From an uncultured virus (IMG/VR IMGVR_UViG_3300017725_002980) (lineage: Duplodnaviria; Heunggongvirae; Uroviricota; Caudoviricetes): a stretch of DNA of 64,000 nucleotides. Location of the stretch: IMG/VR virus record IMGVR_UViG_3300017725_002980, one strand, 5' to 3'. The position numbers were made by a program, and so were the translations under genes. The notes under the pieces are model-generated. The model worked only from the letters and a program-made list of their open reading frames with translations, had not been told where the DNA came from and searched no databases. Numbering within the stretch: the stretch's first letter is position 1; each line of letters opens with the position of its first letter. Below are positions 29,985 through 38,949 of this stretch, one piece after another.

Positions 29985-30197
29985 ATGAAAAAAGTATTAA
30001 ACTTTATCAAAAAAATCTTTATAACTATTAAAGATTGGGTTATAGCTAACGGAATTGAAGGTGTAGTAGGTTTAATTGCCGGTCTTATCTTATGGGCTTT
30101 TGGCTACAAAATTTATGCTGGGTTTGCTTTTGGTGTATTTGCAACTCGTAATTGGGATATTGTAAAATTAAAGGTATCTAAGCTAATAAAAAAGTAA
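29985..30197 (+). CDS. Small membrane protein
   Basis: 70 aa with hydrophobic core. Confidence 0.6.
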   Translation: MKKVLNFIKKIFITIKDWVIANGIEGVVGLIAGLILWAFGYKIYAGFAFGVFATRNWDIVKLKVSKLIKK

Positions 30198-30220
30198 ATT
30201 ACTTTATTTAAAATGCCAAG

Positions 30221-30249
30221 AAGGAACGCAATTTAGCGTTCCTTTTTTT
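30221..30249 (+). terminator. Intrinsic terminator
   Basis: Stem aaggaacgc / gcgttcctt with 6-nt loop followed by T run. Confidence 0.85.
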
Positions 30250-30261
30250 ATATTTATAACT

Positions 30262-31500
30262 ATGAATAAAGCTACAAAAATATGTTTAGGCATATCAGTT
30301 GGAATTATACTTATATTCTTTATATTAGAAACTTTTCTTGTATTTAGAGTATTTGAGTTTAGTTATTTTTTAGCTGAATTTGGGTATGGATGTATAATTG
30401 CCCTAATTCCTTTCTTTTCTTATATTATTTGGGATTTTAATCGTACTTCTAAATTAAAAGAAGCAAATATTGATTTACAATTAAATGCAATTGATAAATC
30501 AAATATAGTAGTAGTACTTAATATGGAAGGGAAAATTTTATCTCATAATAGCAACTTTTGTACTACTATGGGTTATACAGAAAAAGAATTAAAAAACAAA
30601 AACCATAGATATATGGTTCCTAAAGAGTATAGCAATAGTTTAGACTATCATGAATTTTGGAAAAGACTACAAAGAGGTGAAACTATTAGTGGTGAATTTG
30701 AAAGAATTGCTAGGGATGGTACTTCTCGTTGGTTATTTGGTAATTATACTCCAATAAAAGATCCTAAGGGTGGGTATAATAAAGTTTTAAAAATAGCAAC
30801 AGATACAACTATACAACACAATGCTGAAATTGAAGTCAACCAGAAAAATTCTTATTTAGAACATGCTGCTAAAATTTTAAGACACGATATGCATAGTGGA
30901 ATTAACACATATATGCCTAGGGGGTTAACTTCTTTAAAAAGAAGAGTTTCTGCTGAAAAAATTAAAGAATTAAAAATAGAAGCTCCTTTAAAAATGTTAG
31001 AAGAAGGTTTAAAACATACACAAAGAGTTTATGCTGGAGTTAAAGAATTTACTAACTTAGTAAAAGAAGATGCTCAATTAGATATGGAAGATCATAATTT
31101 AGCAGTTATACTAAATAATTATTTATCTGCTACATCTTATATTAAGCAAGTTAAAATTAAAAGTTTACCTGTAGTAAATGTAAATGAACCTTTATTTTGT
31201 ACAGCAATAGACAATTTAATTAGAAATGGGTTAAAATATAATGATAGTTCTACTAAATTAGTATCTATTTATATGGGTAATGATTCTACTTTATGTATAG
31301 AAGATAATGGAAGAGGAATGACTAATGAAGAATTCCTTCAATTATCAAAACCATATACTAGAAAAGCAGGGCAAAAAGAAGGAGGATCAGGGTTAGGATT
31401 AAATATATGTATCGCAATATTAAAAGAACATGGTTTTGCTATAACCTCTGAAAAAACAAAAACAGGAACTATATTAAAAATAAAAATTAAAACAACATGA
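30262..31500 (+). CDS. Membrane PAS-domain sensor histidine kinase
   Basis: Two N-terminal hydrophobic helices; PAS/PAC (FWKRLQRGE..GEFER..RDG..RW...YTPI); H-box RHDM; N-box NLIRNGLKY; G1 EDNGRG; G2 GSGLGL. Confidence 0.9.
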   Translation: MNKATKICLGISVGIILIFFILETFLVFRVFEFSYFLAEFGYGCIIALIPFFSYIIWDFNRTSKLKEANIDLQLNAIDKSNIVVVLNMEGKILSHNSNFCTTMGYTEKELKNKNHRYMVPKEYSNSLDYHEFWKRLQRGETISGEFERIARDGTSRWLFGNYTPIKDPKGGYNKVLKIATDTTIQHNAEIEVNQKNSYLEHAAKILRHDMHSGINTYMPRGLTSLKRRVSAEKIKELKIEAPLKMLEEGLKHTQRVYAGVKEFTNLVKEDAQLDMEDHNLAVILNNYLSATSYIKQVKIKSLPVVNVNEPLFCTAIDNLIRNGLKYNDSSTKLVSIYMGNDSTLCIEDNGRGMTNEEFLQLSKPYTRKAGQKEGGSGLGLNICIAILKEHGFAITSEKTKTGTILKIKIKTT

Positions 31501-31934
31501 TAAATTCTATATTACTTATAGACGATGAGGATCTATTCCACTTGGTATTTGAAGATGCCTGTAGCATCTTAGATATAACTTTATCTCTAGAAGCCCTTAA
31601 TTCTTCAGATGAAGCTAATCTTAAATTTAAAGAATGGTGGCCCGATGACCCTAATGAAGAACGCCCCGAATGTGTATTTGTTGATTTAAATATACTTGGT
31701 TCATCTTTTGATGGAATTGAGTTAATTCGTAAAATTAATTTTGAGTATGGTAATGGATGTGTAATAGGAATTATATCATCATCAGATGACAATCAAGAAA
31801 TTGAAAAAGCAAAAGCCGCTGGAGCTCAATTTTGGATTATTAAATCAGATGATATTGAACCTCGATTAGAAGAATTTATGACAGATTATGATGCTTATAA
31901 AGATAGATCAGCTGAATTTAAAGTTTATAGGTAA
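31497..31934 (+). CDS. Stand-alone response regulator receiver domain
   Basis: LLIDDE, VFVDLN..DGIEL, ISSS, GA.FWIIK; overlaps kinase stop (ATGA). Confidence 0.88.
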   Translation: MINSILLIDDEDLFHLVFEDACSILDITLSLEALNSSDEANLKFKEWWPDDPNEERPECVFVDLNILGSSFDGIELIRKINFEYGNGCVIGIISSSDDNQEIEKAKAAGAQFWIIKSDDIEPRLEEFMTDYDAYKDRSAEFKVYR

Positions 31935-32506
31935 TGATAGAAATAACAGAGCATGTAAGAAATGTTCTACTAGAGGTTGCTAAAAAAAGAAAAATCTATG
32001 TAGAAGGAAATTTCCTTAAACTTCTTAAAGCCCCAAAAGGTGATAATGAATTTGAGAAATATCTTGAACTCTGTAAAGAAAAAGATACTACTAGACGTAA
32101 AAAACGTTTAGAGGTTACGAAACAAGTTCAAAAACAAAATGGAGAACTTGTTGAAAAACAAAAAGAAAATGATACTCTAATGAAGGAGCTTCAAGTAGCA
32201 TTAGAATCATCAAATCAATTAAGAGAAAAAGCAGAAAAGGGTAAGGATAAAGCATTAGAAGATTTAGAAGTAATGCAAAAGAAAACCCAATTTGAACTAA
32301 TTAGTACAATTGTGAAAGTTGCTTTAGTAGTAATAGTTGGTGTGGGTATAATTACTACAATTATGTATGCTATCGCACTAACTTCAGGAGCAGATACTCA
32401 AATTATAGGATCAACCTGGAGTAATATGTTTGGTATTTTACTTACAAATGCATTTTCTATTGTAGGCACAATTATGGGAGTTAAATACGCAACAGAAAAA
32501 GAATAA
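31934..32506 (+). CDS. Coiled-coil protein with two C-terminal transmembrane helices
   Basis: Lys/Glu heptads then two hydrophobic segments; translationally coupled to receiver gene. Confidence 0.65.
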   Translation: MIEITEHVRNVLLEVAKKRKIYVEGNFLKLLKAPKGDNEFEKYLELCKEKDTTRRKKRLEVTKQVQKQNGELVEKQKENDTLMKELQVALESSNQLREKAEKGKDKALEDLEVMQKKTQFELISTIVKVALVVIVGVGIITTIMYAIALTSGADTQIIGSTWSNMFGILLTNAFSIVGTIMGVKYATEKE

Positions 32507-32507
32507 A

Positions 32508-33047
32508 ATGAGCCCTCAGATATTAGATAATCTTAGCACAAAGACTTTTTATGATCTTCTATCTTTACCTTTTAATAGAGATATTAATAATAGTAATCAA
32601 ATAACTTCTGTAGTAAATTTTAATAAGCTTGCCCCGGAATTAAAATTAGTTTTATTATCATTACCAATGGTGCAATATACTGGTGATTTCAAAGCTGGTG
32701 GATTAGACTCAAAACAAAGATTATATTTAATGAGTGAATTAGATAATACATATCTAATTGATACTCTTCACTCAAATTATGCCCAGTGTGTAACTAAGCT
32801 TACTAATGTTCCGGATTTAAGTAATAAAGAAATTACATTTACTGGGATTCAAGAAGATAAAAACAAAAGCATTAATTTAGTTAAAAAAAGTGAAAGTTAT
32901 AGTTTAATATATGATGAAATAGATTATATTATTGAAATTGTTAATGAAAATGATGGAACTTTTACAAGTATTCAATATGGCGATAATTTTGTTATGGATA
33001 CTGTGTTAGAAAAAGAAATTTTAGAGTTTTTCTATAAAAATAAATAA
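32508..33047 (+). CDS. Hypothetical protein
   Basis: 179-aa ORF, no recognised motif. Confidence 0.6.
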   Translation: MSPQILDNLSTKTFYDLLSLPFNRDINNSNQITSVVNFNKLAPELKLVLLSLPMVQYTGDFKAGGLDSKQRLYLMSELDNTYLIDTLHSNYAQCVTKLTNVPDLSNKEITFTGIQEDKNKSINLVKKSESYSLIYDEIDYIIEIVNENDGTFTSIQYGDNFVMDTVLEKEILEFFYKNK

Positions 33048-33115
33048 TATGTATAAGCATATAATTTGTTATACTTAATGGTTTTTATATGCCTAATAAT
33101 ATAAAAAATAAAATC

Positions 33116-33337
33116 ATGGCCTTTAAAGATATTTTTAAAGATGATAATAACGTAAATGAAAAGAATGTTATTGGATTTATGGCGTTTGCTGTAATGGTAA
33201 TATTTGCTATAGTAGACTTAGTAACAGGTTACTTTGGTAAAGACTTAGTAATTCAAGAATTCATTTATAACTCATTTGTATTTATCACATTAGGTTCATT
33301 TGGTATCGCAGGATTAGAAAAATTTGCTAAAAAATGA
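33116..33337 (+). CDS. Small two-helix membrane protein (holin-like)
   Basis: ORF track start 33089; ATG 33116 has better A-rich context; two hydrophobic segments and basic C-terminus; upstream of endolysin. Confidence 0.55.
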   Translation: MAFKDIFKDDNNVNEKNVIGFMAFAVMVIFAIVDLVTGYFGKDLVIQEFIYNSFVFITLGSFGIAGLEKFAKK

Positions 33338-33408
33338 AAAATAGCTGTAATTGTATAGTATGTAATTGTCACTTTACCTGTGGATGTTCATGCTGTAATT
33401 GTAATTAG
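33334..33408 (+). CDS. Metallothionein-like Cys-rich microprotein (24 aa)
   Basis: MKNSCNCIVCNCHFTCGCSCCNCN*; ATG overlaps the upstream TGA (ATGA); fills the gap before the endolysin. Confidence 0.6.
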   Translation: MKNSCNCIVCNCHFTCGCSCCNCN

Positions 33409-33415
33409 TAAACTT

Positions 33416-33886
33416 ATGAAATTATCTAAAAACTTATCTTTAGGTGAATTTACTAGATCTTCAACTGCAAAACGTAGAGGTTTAGATAATACTCCTAAAG
33501 GCAAACATCTAGAGGCAGCTAAATTATTAGCTGAAAAAATATTTCAACCAATTAGAGAACACTTCGCTAAACCTATTTTCATTTCTTCAGGATATAGAAG
33601 CCAAGCTTTAAATGAAGCAATTGGTGGCTCCAAGACTTCACAACATTCAAAAGGTGAAGCTATTGATATTGATATGGATTATCGAAATGGCCCAGAAAAT
33701 GAAGAAATATTTCATTATATTAGAGAAAATTTACCATTTGACCAATTAATCTGGGAATTTGGAACTAACGAAAGACCTGATTGGGTTCATGTTTCATATA
33801 ATAGTGATGGAGAACAAAGAGGCCAAATCCTATCAGCTAAAAGAAATTCCAAAGGAAAGACTTATTACGAAAACTGGTCAATATGA
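33416..33886 (+). CDS. Peptidase M15A endolysin
   Basis: MKLSKNLSLGEF, ISSGYRS, SQHSKGEAID, FDQLIWEF, WVHVSY; ATG 33416 preferred to GTG 33380. Confidence 0.88.
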   Translation: MKLSKNLSLGEFTRSSTAKRRGLDNTPKGKHLEAAKLLAEKIFQPIREHFAKPIFISSGYRSQALNEAIGGSKTSQHSKGEAIDIDMDYRNGPENEEIFHYIRENLPFDQLIWEFGTNERPDWVHVSYNSDGEQRGQILSAKRNSKGKTYYENWSI

Positions 33887-34302
33887 AAACTTCCACTATA
33901 ACTTTCTTAACCGTCCCTATTTTGACACTATCTTTTTTATGCTCTTATTTTATGGAGCTTACTATGAGTAACGCTGAACAATATCTTGGCTTAATAGCTG
34001 TTGTCTTTATAGATGGTTTTTTTGGTATAGTAGCTGGAATTAAACGTGAAGGTTTTCAAACAAGAAAAGCGGTTCGTGTATTACAACGTGCTATAGGTTG
34101 GGTTATGTTTTTAACAGTAGTATTAATGGTAGAAAAAGGTTTTACAGGAACAGCTTGGCTTAGCGAAGCAGTTATCATACCGTTCATTATATTACAAATA
34201 ATCAGTGCCCTTAAAAATGCATCTATGGCTGGATTTATAAAAGCTGAAGAATTAAATAAATTATTAGATCGCATAGATAACCACAAGGGCTTTAGAAAGT
34301 AA
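33883..34302 (+). CDS. Holin (phage holin 4-like)
   Basis: Three hydrophobic segments, D..FGI.A, SALKNA..AG; adjacent to endolysin. Confidence 0.65.
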   Translation: MKTSTITFLTVPILTLSFLCSYFMELTMSNAEQYLGLIAVVFIDGFFGIVAGIKREGFQTRKAVRVLQRAIGWVMFLTVVLMVEKGFTGTAWLSEAVIIPFIILQIISALKNASMAGFIKAEELNKLLDRIDNHKGFRK

Positions 34303-34308
34303 ACCCCC

Positions 34309-35421
34309 ATGTGGAAAAAAATCCAAAAAAGGATATTTCCTTTTATAATCGCATCCTCTGCCCTGTCAGTTTCTGCTTCGGCCGCTTTCTATTCAGTTAG
34401 CGGTCTTAGCAAACTTTTTGCTGGGGCTACTTTAGCTGTAATAATTATGGCTACTTCATTAGAAGTAGCTAAATTAGTCATTGCATCCCTACTCTACCAG
34501 TATCGTAAATCAATCCCTAAATTATTAAAATACTATTTAACAATAGCTGCTTTTGTTCTAGTATTAATTACTAGTATGGGTATTTATGGTTTCCTTTCAG
34601 CTGCCTATCAAGAAACAGCAGCTAAAGCAGGAAGTATAGATTCTCAAATTGCTTTAATTGAAACTAAACGAGATAATATTAGGGAACAATTAGCGGTATA
34701 CAACGCGGAAAAAAGCACCATTAACGGGGCAGTATCTGATTTGAGGTCTGGCTTATCTAACAATAAAATCCAGTATAAAGACAAGGAAACTGGTCAGATT
34801 ATCAACACAACTTCTAGTTCAACTCGTAGGGCATTAGAAAGACAATTAGACCAAGCTATAGCTCGTCAAACTGAAATTAATACTAAAGTAGATAATTTAA
34901 ATGAACAATTATTTAAATATGAAACTGAGATAGTAGAAGTAAAAACTAATAATGACATAGCAGGTGAATTAGGCCCCTTAAAATATCTCTCAGGATTAAC
35001 GGGTATACCAATGGATAAAATTATTAATTGGTTACTTTTAACTATTATATTTGTATTTGATCCTTTAGCCATTGCTCTTGTAATTGCTGCTAATTTTGCT
35101 TTTGAAAAATTAAATCCAAAAGAAAATATTTATGGGGAAAAACTTACAGATGAAGATAATGATGAAGAAATAATTAAAAAACCAACCCTAAAAGAAAAAA
35201 TTCTTTCCTTTCCTATAAACCCTGCTTTAATCCCTGGATGGGATGGTTTATTAAAAAAACATACCCTACCTACCCTTACTGAAGAAGAATATGTTAAAAC
35301 TAAAATGGATAACTTAGAAAATAAAATTGCTTTAGGTGAATTTAGGAGAAGACGAATAGAAAAAAAATTCCATGATGATTATAAAAATCTAGAAGATGAA
35401 GATTTAACTATAACATATTAA
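34309..35421 (+). CDS. Membrane protein with long coiled coil
   Basis: N-terminal helices (AAFYSVSGL, TSMGIYGFLS), coiled coil, GELGPLKYL, IFVFDPLA. Confidence 0.7.
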   Translation: MWKKIQKRIFPFIIASSALSVSASAAFYSVSGLSKLFAGATLAVIIMATSLEVAKLVIASLLYQYRKSIPKLLKYYLTIAAFVLVLITSMGIYGFLSAAYQETAAKAGSIDSQIALIETKRDNIREQLAVYNAEKSTINGAVSDLRSGLSNNKIQYKDKETGQIINTTSSSTRRALERQLDQAIARQTEINTKVDNLNEQLFKYETEIVEVKTNNDIAGELGPLKYLSGLTGIPMDKIINWLLLTIIFVFDPLAIALVIAANFAFEKLNPKENIYGEKLTDEDNDEEIIKKPTLKEKILSFPINPALIPGWDGLLKKHTLPTLTEEEYVKTKMDNLENKIALGEFRRRRIEKKFHDDYKNLEDEDLTITY

Positions 35422-35424
35422 ATA

Positions 35425-35456
35425 TTTGGAGGGGCGAAAGCCCCTTCGTATATTCA
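35425..35456 (+). promoter_or_regulatory. TTTGG-N17-CGTATATT promoter with GAAA-tetraloop hairpin in spacer
   Basis: tttggaggggcgaaagccccttcgtatattca. Confidence 0.75.
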
Positions 35457-35494
35457 CGGTGTTAAATAAGGCAAGAAGCCACAAAATAAAGGTT

Positions 35495-35662
35495 ATGAAG
35501 CAGTTAGTTAGATTTTTCGATTGTGAGTTAACAGGTGATAAATTAGCAGTCATTAGAGAGAATGGTGTTGAAAAGTGTGTTACCGAAGGTGAAGGATGGG
35601 ATGTATATGCTTTATCAATGGCTGAATATGATCGCCATCATTTAGTAAGCGAAATGTATTAA
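35495..35662 (+). CDS. Small early-type protein, paralog A
   Basis: MKQLVRFFDCELTGDKL...; ATG after aataaaggtt. Confidence 0.65.
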   Translation: MKQLVRFFDCELTGDKLAVIRENGVEKCVTEGEGWDVYALSMAEYDRHHLVSEMY

Positions 35663-35666
35663 TTTA

Positions 35667-35698
35667 TTTGGAGACCCGAAAGGGTCTTCGTATATTTA
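35667..35698 (+). promoter_or_regulatory. TTTGG-N17-CGTATATT promoter with GAAA-tetraloop hairpin in spacer
   Basis: tttggagacccgaaagggtcttcgtatattta. Confidence 0.75.
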
Positions 35699-35720
35699 CG
35701 TGTTAATAAAAATAAAAGTT

Positions 35721-35828
35721 ATGAATGTAGTTAGAAGATTTACGTGTGAGTTAACAGGAGACAAGTTAATGATAGTTGAAGGTCCCGACTTTCAACATTA
35801 CTGTATGTATGATTTGGATGCCCAATAG
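35721..35828 (+). CDS. Small early-type protein, paralog B (35 aa; not in ORF track)
   Basis: MNVVRRFTCELTGDKLMIVEGPDFQHYCMYDLDAQ*, shares VRxFxCELTGDKL with paralog A. Confidence 0.6.
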   Translation: MNVVRRFTCELTGDKLMIVEGPDFQHYCMYDLDAQ

Positions 35829-35844
35829 TAATTTCGTATATTTA
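35813..35844 (+). promoter_or_regulatory. TTTGG-N17-CGTATATT promoter
   Basis: tttggatgcccaatagtaatttcgtatattta. Confidence 0.7.
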
Positions 35845-35861
35845 AGTAATACATTAGATAA

Positions 35862-36047
35862 ATGAAAATAGTTAAAATTCCAACTGAATCAATCCAATTA
35901 AAGGATAAAGTAGTTCCTAAACACGTAGTAATCTTTCAAGATAAAGTAGTACATACTGGGACTAAAGCACAATGTCATCGTTTTGTATTTTATATGGAAG
36001 GTGCTTCGGATGAAATGATTTTAAGTAGACTAGATTTATCGAAATGA
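35862..36047 (+). CDS. Hypothetical protein
   Basis: 61-aa ORF after promoter. Confidence 0.55.
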   Translation: MKIVKIPTESIQLKDKVVPKHVVIFQDKVVHTGTKAQCHRFVFYMEGASDEMILSRLDLSK

Positions 36048-36271
36048 CGTTTAAATTCGGAAAATATAAAGGTTATACTTTAGCTGATGTTGAATTAAAC
36101 GATCCAGGCTATATAAGATGGGCTAGACAAAATGCTCCTAATCTTATCCCTAAATCAACTCCCCCAAAAGATGAATTTGGATACCTAGATGAAATTACCG
36201 ATTTTCGTTCATTAAAGGATTTACAACAGACATTATTACGCAACCCAGGAAAACCAGAAGATGCCTTTTAG
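36044..36271 (+). CDS. Small protein with FGKYKG motif (DUF3820/exodeoxyribonuclease X C-terminal-like)
   Basis: FKFGKYKG.TL.DV...DPGYIRW. Confidence 0.6.
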   Translation: MTFKFGKYKGYTLADVELNDPGYIRWARQNAPNLIPKSTPPKDEFGYLDEITDFRSLKDLQQTLLRNPGKPEDAF

Positions 36272-36791
36272 ATTTATTAGAGAAGAAGCTTTAACCCAAC
36301 CACTCGATGTAGTCTATAAGAATTTAGCGCGATATCAACCGCTAAATTACAATCGCTTTATGTGGTGGCGCAGTCATACGGATGGAATTAAGCCATTGGG
36401 TAAACGCGCGACTTTAAAAGAGCGTATTGTTAATGGTGATTTTAATGAATCATCATATTTTATGCAAGCCCAACTATCATTACATAATGCTAAGGACAAA
36501 GTTAACCTTAATAAACACAATCATTCAGACCAATTAGAGATATTAGCTGTTGATCTTGCTCGCTATAAACGTCTAATGGAGGATTATTGGAAAGAAGAAA
36601 CCACTCGTTTAGAGGCATTATATGATGCATTTACAACAACATTCAACATAACCCGTTTAGAGCTTGAAGAAGAACTTTGCAATTGGCCTGGAGAGTTATT
36701 ATCTTATTACAAATATTGTATGGAATTTAAATACGAAACCCCATACTCAGTTAAAAAATCAAAACGAGGAAGACCTAAAAAAGTGAAATAA
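36261..36791 (+). CDS. Hypothetical protein
   Basis: 176 aa; C-terminal KRGRPKK (AT-hook-like). Confidence 0.6.
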   Translation: MPFRFIREEALTQPLDVVYKNLARYQPLNYNRFMWWRSHTDGIKPLGKRATLKERIVNGDFNESSYFMQAQLSLHNAKDKVNLNKHNHSDQLEILAVDLARYKRLMEDYWKEETTRLEALYDAFTTTFNITRLELEEELCNWPGELLSYYKYCMEFKYETPYSVKKSKRGRPKKVK

Positions 36792-36795
36792 TAAT

Positions 36796-37590
36796 ATGAA
36801 TAAATTAGATGAACAGTATAGAGGCATTTTAGCTGAACTCCTGCATAATGGTAAAGAAAAAGGTGATAGAACAGGCACTGGAACTCTATCTAAATTTGGA
36901 ATGCAAATTAGACATAAAATGTCAGATGGTTTTCCATTACTTACTACTAAAAAAATGGCAGTCAAAACAATGGTGACTGAGTTAAAGTGGTTTTTAAAGG
37001 GAGATACTAACATAAAATATCTTCAAGATAATAATTGTAAGATATGGGATGGTGATTATAAAAAATCTGGTAGAACAGATGGTGAATTAGGTCCTATTTA
37101 TGGTAAACAATGGAGAAATTGGAGTGGTAATGATCAAATAGCTAATCTAATTACTGAACTTAAATCTAATCCAAACAGCAGAAGATTAATGGTATCAGCA
37201 TGGAATGTAGATGAATTAAATCAAATGACCTTACCCCCTTGTCATTATGGATTTCAGTGTTATGTAGCTGATGGTGAACTATCTTTAATGTGGAACCAAC
37301 GTTCAGTAGATACATTTTTAGGTTTACCTTTTAACATTGCCAGTTATGGATTATTGTTAATGTTATTATGTGAAGAAACTGGTTACAAACCAGGAAATTT
37401 AATTGGGAATTTAGGTGATACCCACTTATATTTAAATCATATTGAACAAGCAAAAGAACAAATTAGTAGAGATGGGTTTGATTTACCTACTATTAAGTTA
37501 TCTAATGTAGATATCTTAAATGGAGAATGGGATTATGAGATTAAAGGCTACAAATATCAACCCACAATTAAAGCACCATTAAGTAATTAA
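36796..37590 (+). CDS. thyA: Thymidylate synthase
   Basis: DRTGTGT, FPLLTTKK, LGPIYG, LPPCH, QRSVDTFLGLPFN, HLYLNH. Confidence 0.97.
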   Translation: MNKLDEQYRGILAELLHNGKEKGDRTGTGTLSKFGMQIRHKMSDGFPLLTTKKMAVKTMVTELKWFLKGDTNIKYLQDNNCKIWDGDYKKSGRTDGELGPIYGKQWRNWSGNDQIANLITELKSNPNSRRLMVSAWNVDELNQMTLPPCHYGFQCYVADGELSLMWNQRSVDTFLGLPFNIASYGLLLMLLCEETGYKPGNLIGNLGDTHLYLNHIEQAKEQISRDGFDLPTIKLSNVDILNGEWDYEIKGYKYQPTIKAPLSN

Positions 37591-37593
37591 ATT

Positions 37594-37740
37594 ATGATTG
37601 AATTTTTAAAACATGCATTAGGCTTTTGTGGAGAGCATTGGCACCCAAATATTTTTACAGTTATTTTAGGTGGACTTGGAGTAACACCTGCTTTTAATTA
37701 TATTTATTATAAAGTAAAAAGTTACAATGATAAAGGTTAG
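37594..37740 (+). CDS. Small membrane protein (48 aa; not in ORF track)
   Basis: MIEFLKHALGFCGEHWHPNIFTVILGGLGV...; fills the gap after thyA. Confidence 0.55.
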   Translation: MIEFLKHALGFCGEHWHPNIFTVILGGLGVTPAFNYIYYKVKSYNDKG

Positions 37741-38515
37741 CCATGAAACCCCCTTGTGTTTATTAGAAGATAGTCGTCACTTTAATGATTATGATTATTG
37801 TCTTCCTCACTTACTAGATCAAGAAGAAGGTTATCTAGAATATTTCCTTGATGCAAAAGCTCAAGAAAGATATATTATTATGGATAATTCACTCCATGAA
37901 TTAGGTAAAGCATACAATACTGATCGTTTATTACACTGGGTTAATGAATTAAAACCAGATGAGTTTATTGTTCCTGATGTATGGGAACAACGAGATGCTT
38001 CTGTAGTAAATGCTCGTAAATGGTCTCAAACTATACTTCCTGAAAATACTACTAAAGTAGCAGTAGTTCAAGCACAAACTATTCATGAAGCTGCAACTTG
38101 TTATCAAACATATAAAGATTTAGGATACAGGAAAATAGCATTTTCATATGGTGCTTCTTATTATAACGATGTAGTCCCTCATCCAAATAAAGATATCGGT
38201 AAAGCTTTAGGACGCCTTTCAGTAATTTCAGCTTTATACAAAACTAAAGTTATCTCTCAAAATGATAGGATTCATTTATTAGGGTGTGCTGTACCACAAG
38301 AATTTGGTTGGTATAAAGGATTTGATTGTATTGAATCAATTGATACTTCAAATCCTGTAATGGCTGCTTTAGAAGGTATTAGGTATACTAATTCTGGTTT
38401 AGATAAAAAACCAAAAGCAAATATAAATGATTATTTTTTTATGTTAAGCAATGAGGTAGATTATGATTGTTTAATACATAATGTTTCTAAATTTGGTGAA
38501 ATTAATGATTTATAA
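37727..38515 (+). CDS. TGT/DpdA-like TIM-barrel protein (candidate 7-deazaguanine transglycosylase)
   Basis: IMDNS, IVPDV, AVVQ, IHLLG, SIDTS mirror the DSG / D / vQG / HxLG / sxDSs pattern of TGT/DpdA; sits upstream of queC/D/E. Confidence 0.6.
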   Translation: MIKVSHETPLCLLEDSRHFNDYDYCLPHLLDQEEGYLEYFLDAKAQERYIIMDNSLHELGKAYNTDRLLHWVNELKPDEFIVPDVWEQRDASVVNARKWSQTILPENTTKVAVVQAQTIHEAATCYQTYKDLGYRKIAFSYGASYYNDVVPHPNKDIGKALGRLSVISALYKTKVISQNDRIHLLGCAVPQEFGWYKGFDCIESIDTSNPVMAALEGIRYTNSGLDKKPKANINDYFFMLSNEVDYDCLIHNVSKFGEINDL

Positions 38516-38518
38516 ATT

Positions 38519-38698
38519 ATGAAAACTGAATATAAAAATGGGAAATTAATTATTCCTATAGAAAAGGGAGATATTATGTTAACTGGAAGGTTTAGAAATA
38601 AGCCTATTAAAGTCAAAACAGTAGAAATAGATGATTTAGGACAACCTACAGTAAATGGAAGTCCTATTTTAAAATTTAGAATACCAAAATTAATGTAA
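38519..38698 (+). CDS. Hypothetical protein (59 aa; below ORF track cutoff)
   Basis: MKTEYKNGKLIIPIEKGDIMLTGRFRNK...PTVNG..ILKFRI; fills the gap exactly. Confidence 0.6.
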   Translation: MKTEYKNGKLIIPIEKGDIMLTGRFRNKPIKVKTVEIDDLGQPTVNGSPILKFRIPKLM

Positions 38699-38699
38699 A

Positions 38700-38894
38700 A
38701 TGGCAAAATTAACAAGAACAGTAAATTACTCAGACTTCAGATGGGAAGAATATGTGCTAACAGAAGAAGAATTAGCACAGTGGAAAACAGGTGATGAAGA
38801 TATTCAACAAGAAATCATAGATGATGCCGATTGGGATCTAGTAAGAGATAAACCAATTGATGATTACGGAGATGTAGAATTTGTAGAAGACTAA
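38700..38894 (+). CDS. Small acidic hypothetical protein
   Basis: 64-aa ORF. Confidence 0.55.
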   Translation: MAKLTRTVNYSDFRWEEYVLTEEELAQWKTGDEDIQQEIIDDADWDLVRDKPIDDYGDVEFVED

Positions 38895-38949
38895 GTTAAA
38901 TAAAAGAATACAGCGTTTGCCTATACGCTTAAAATACCTGGCTTATAAA

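Larger units (their letters stand above)
8966..30258 (+). promoter_or_regulatory. Recurrent intergenic ATATTTATA motif (putative late promoter); copies at 8966, 9247, 11029, 11606, 12651, 14662, 29952, 30250 (variants ATATGTATA at 33047, 49618)
   Basis: Motif found in short intergenic gaps immediately upstream of sheath, tube, chaperone, tape-measure and other genes; span given covers dispersed copies. Confidence 0.6.

Noticed and set aside
33380..33415. GTG-start N-terminal extension of the endolysin
   Set aside because: Overlaps the Cys-rich microgene; ATG 33416 gives a typical M15A N-terminus
35426..35494. TTG-start extension of the small ORF
   Set aside because: Falls within the promoter/hairpin element; ATG 35495 aligns with the paralog start
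35425..35844. CRISPR-like repeat-spacer array
   Set aside because: Only three divergent units at irregular spacing, each followed by an ORF; explained as promoters
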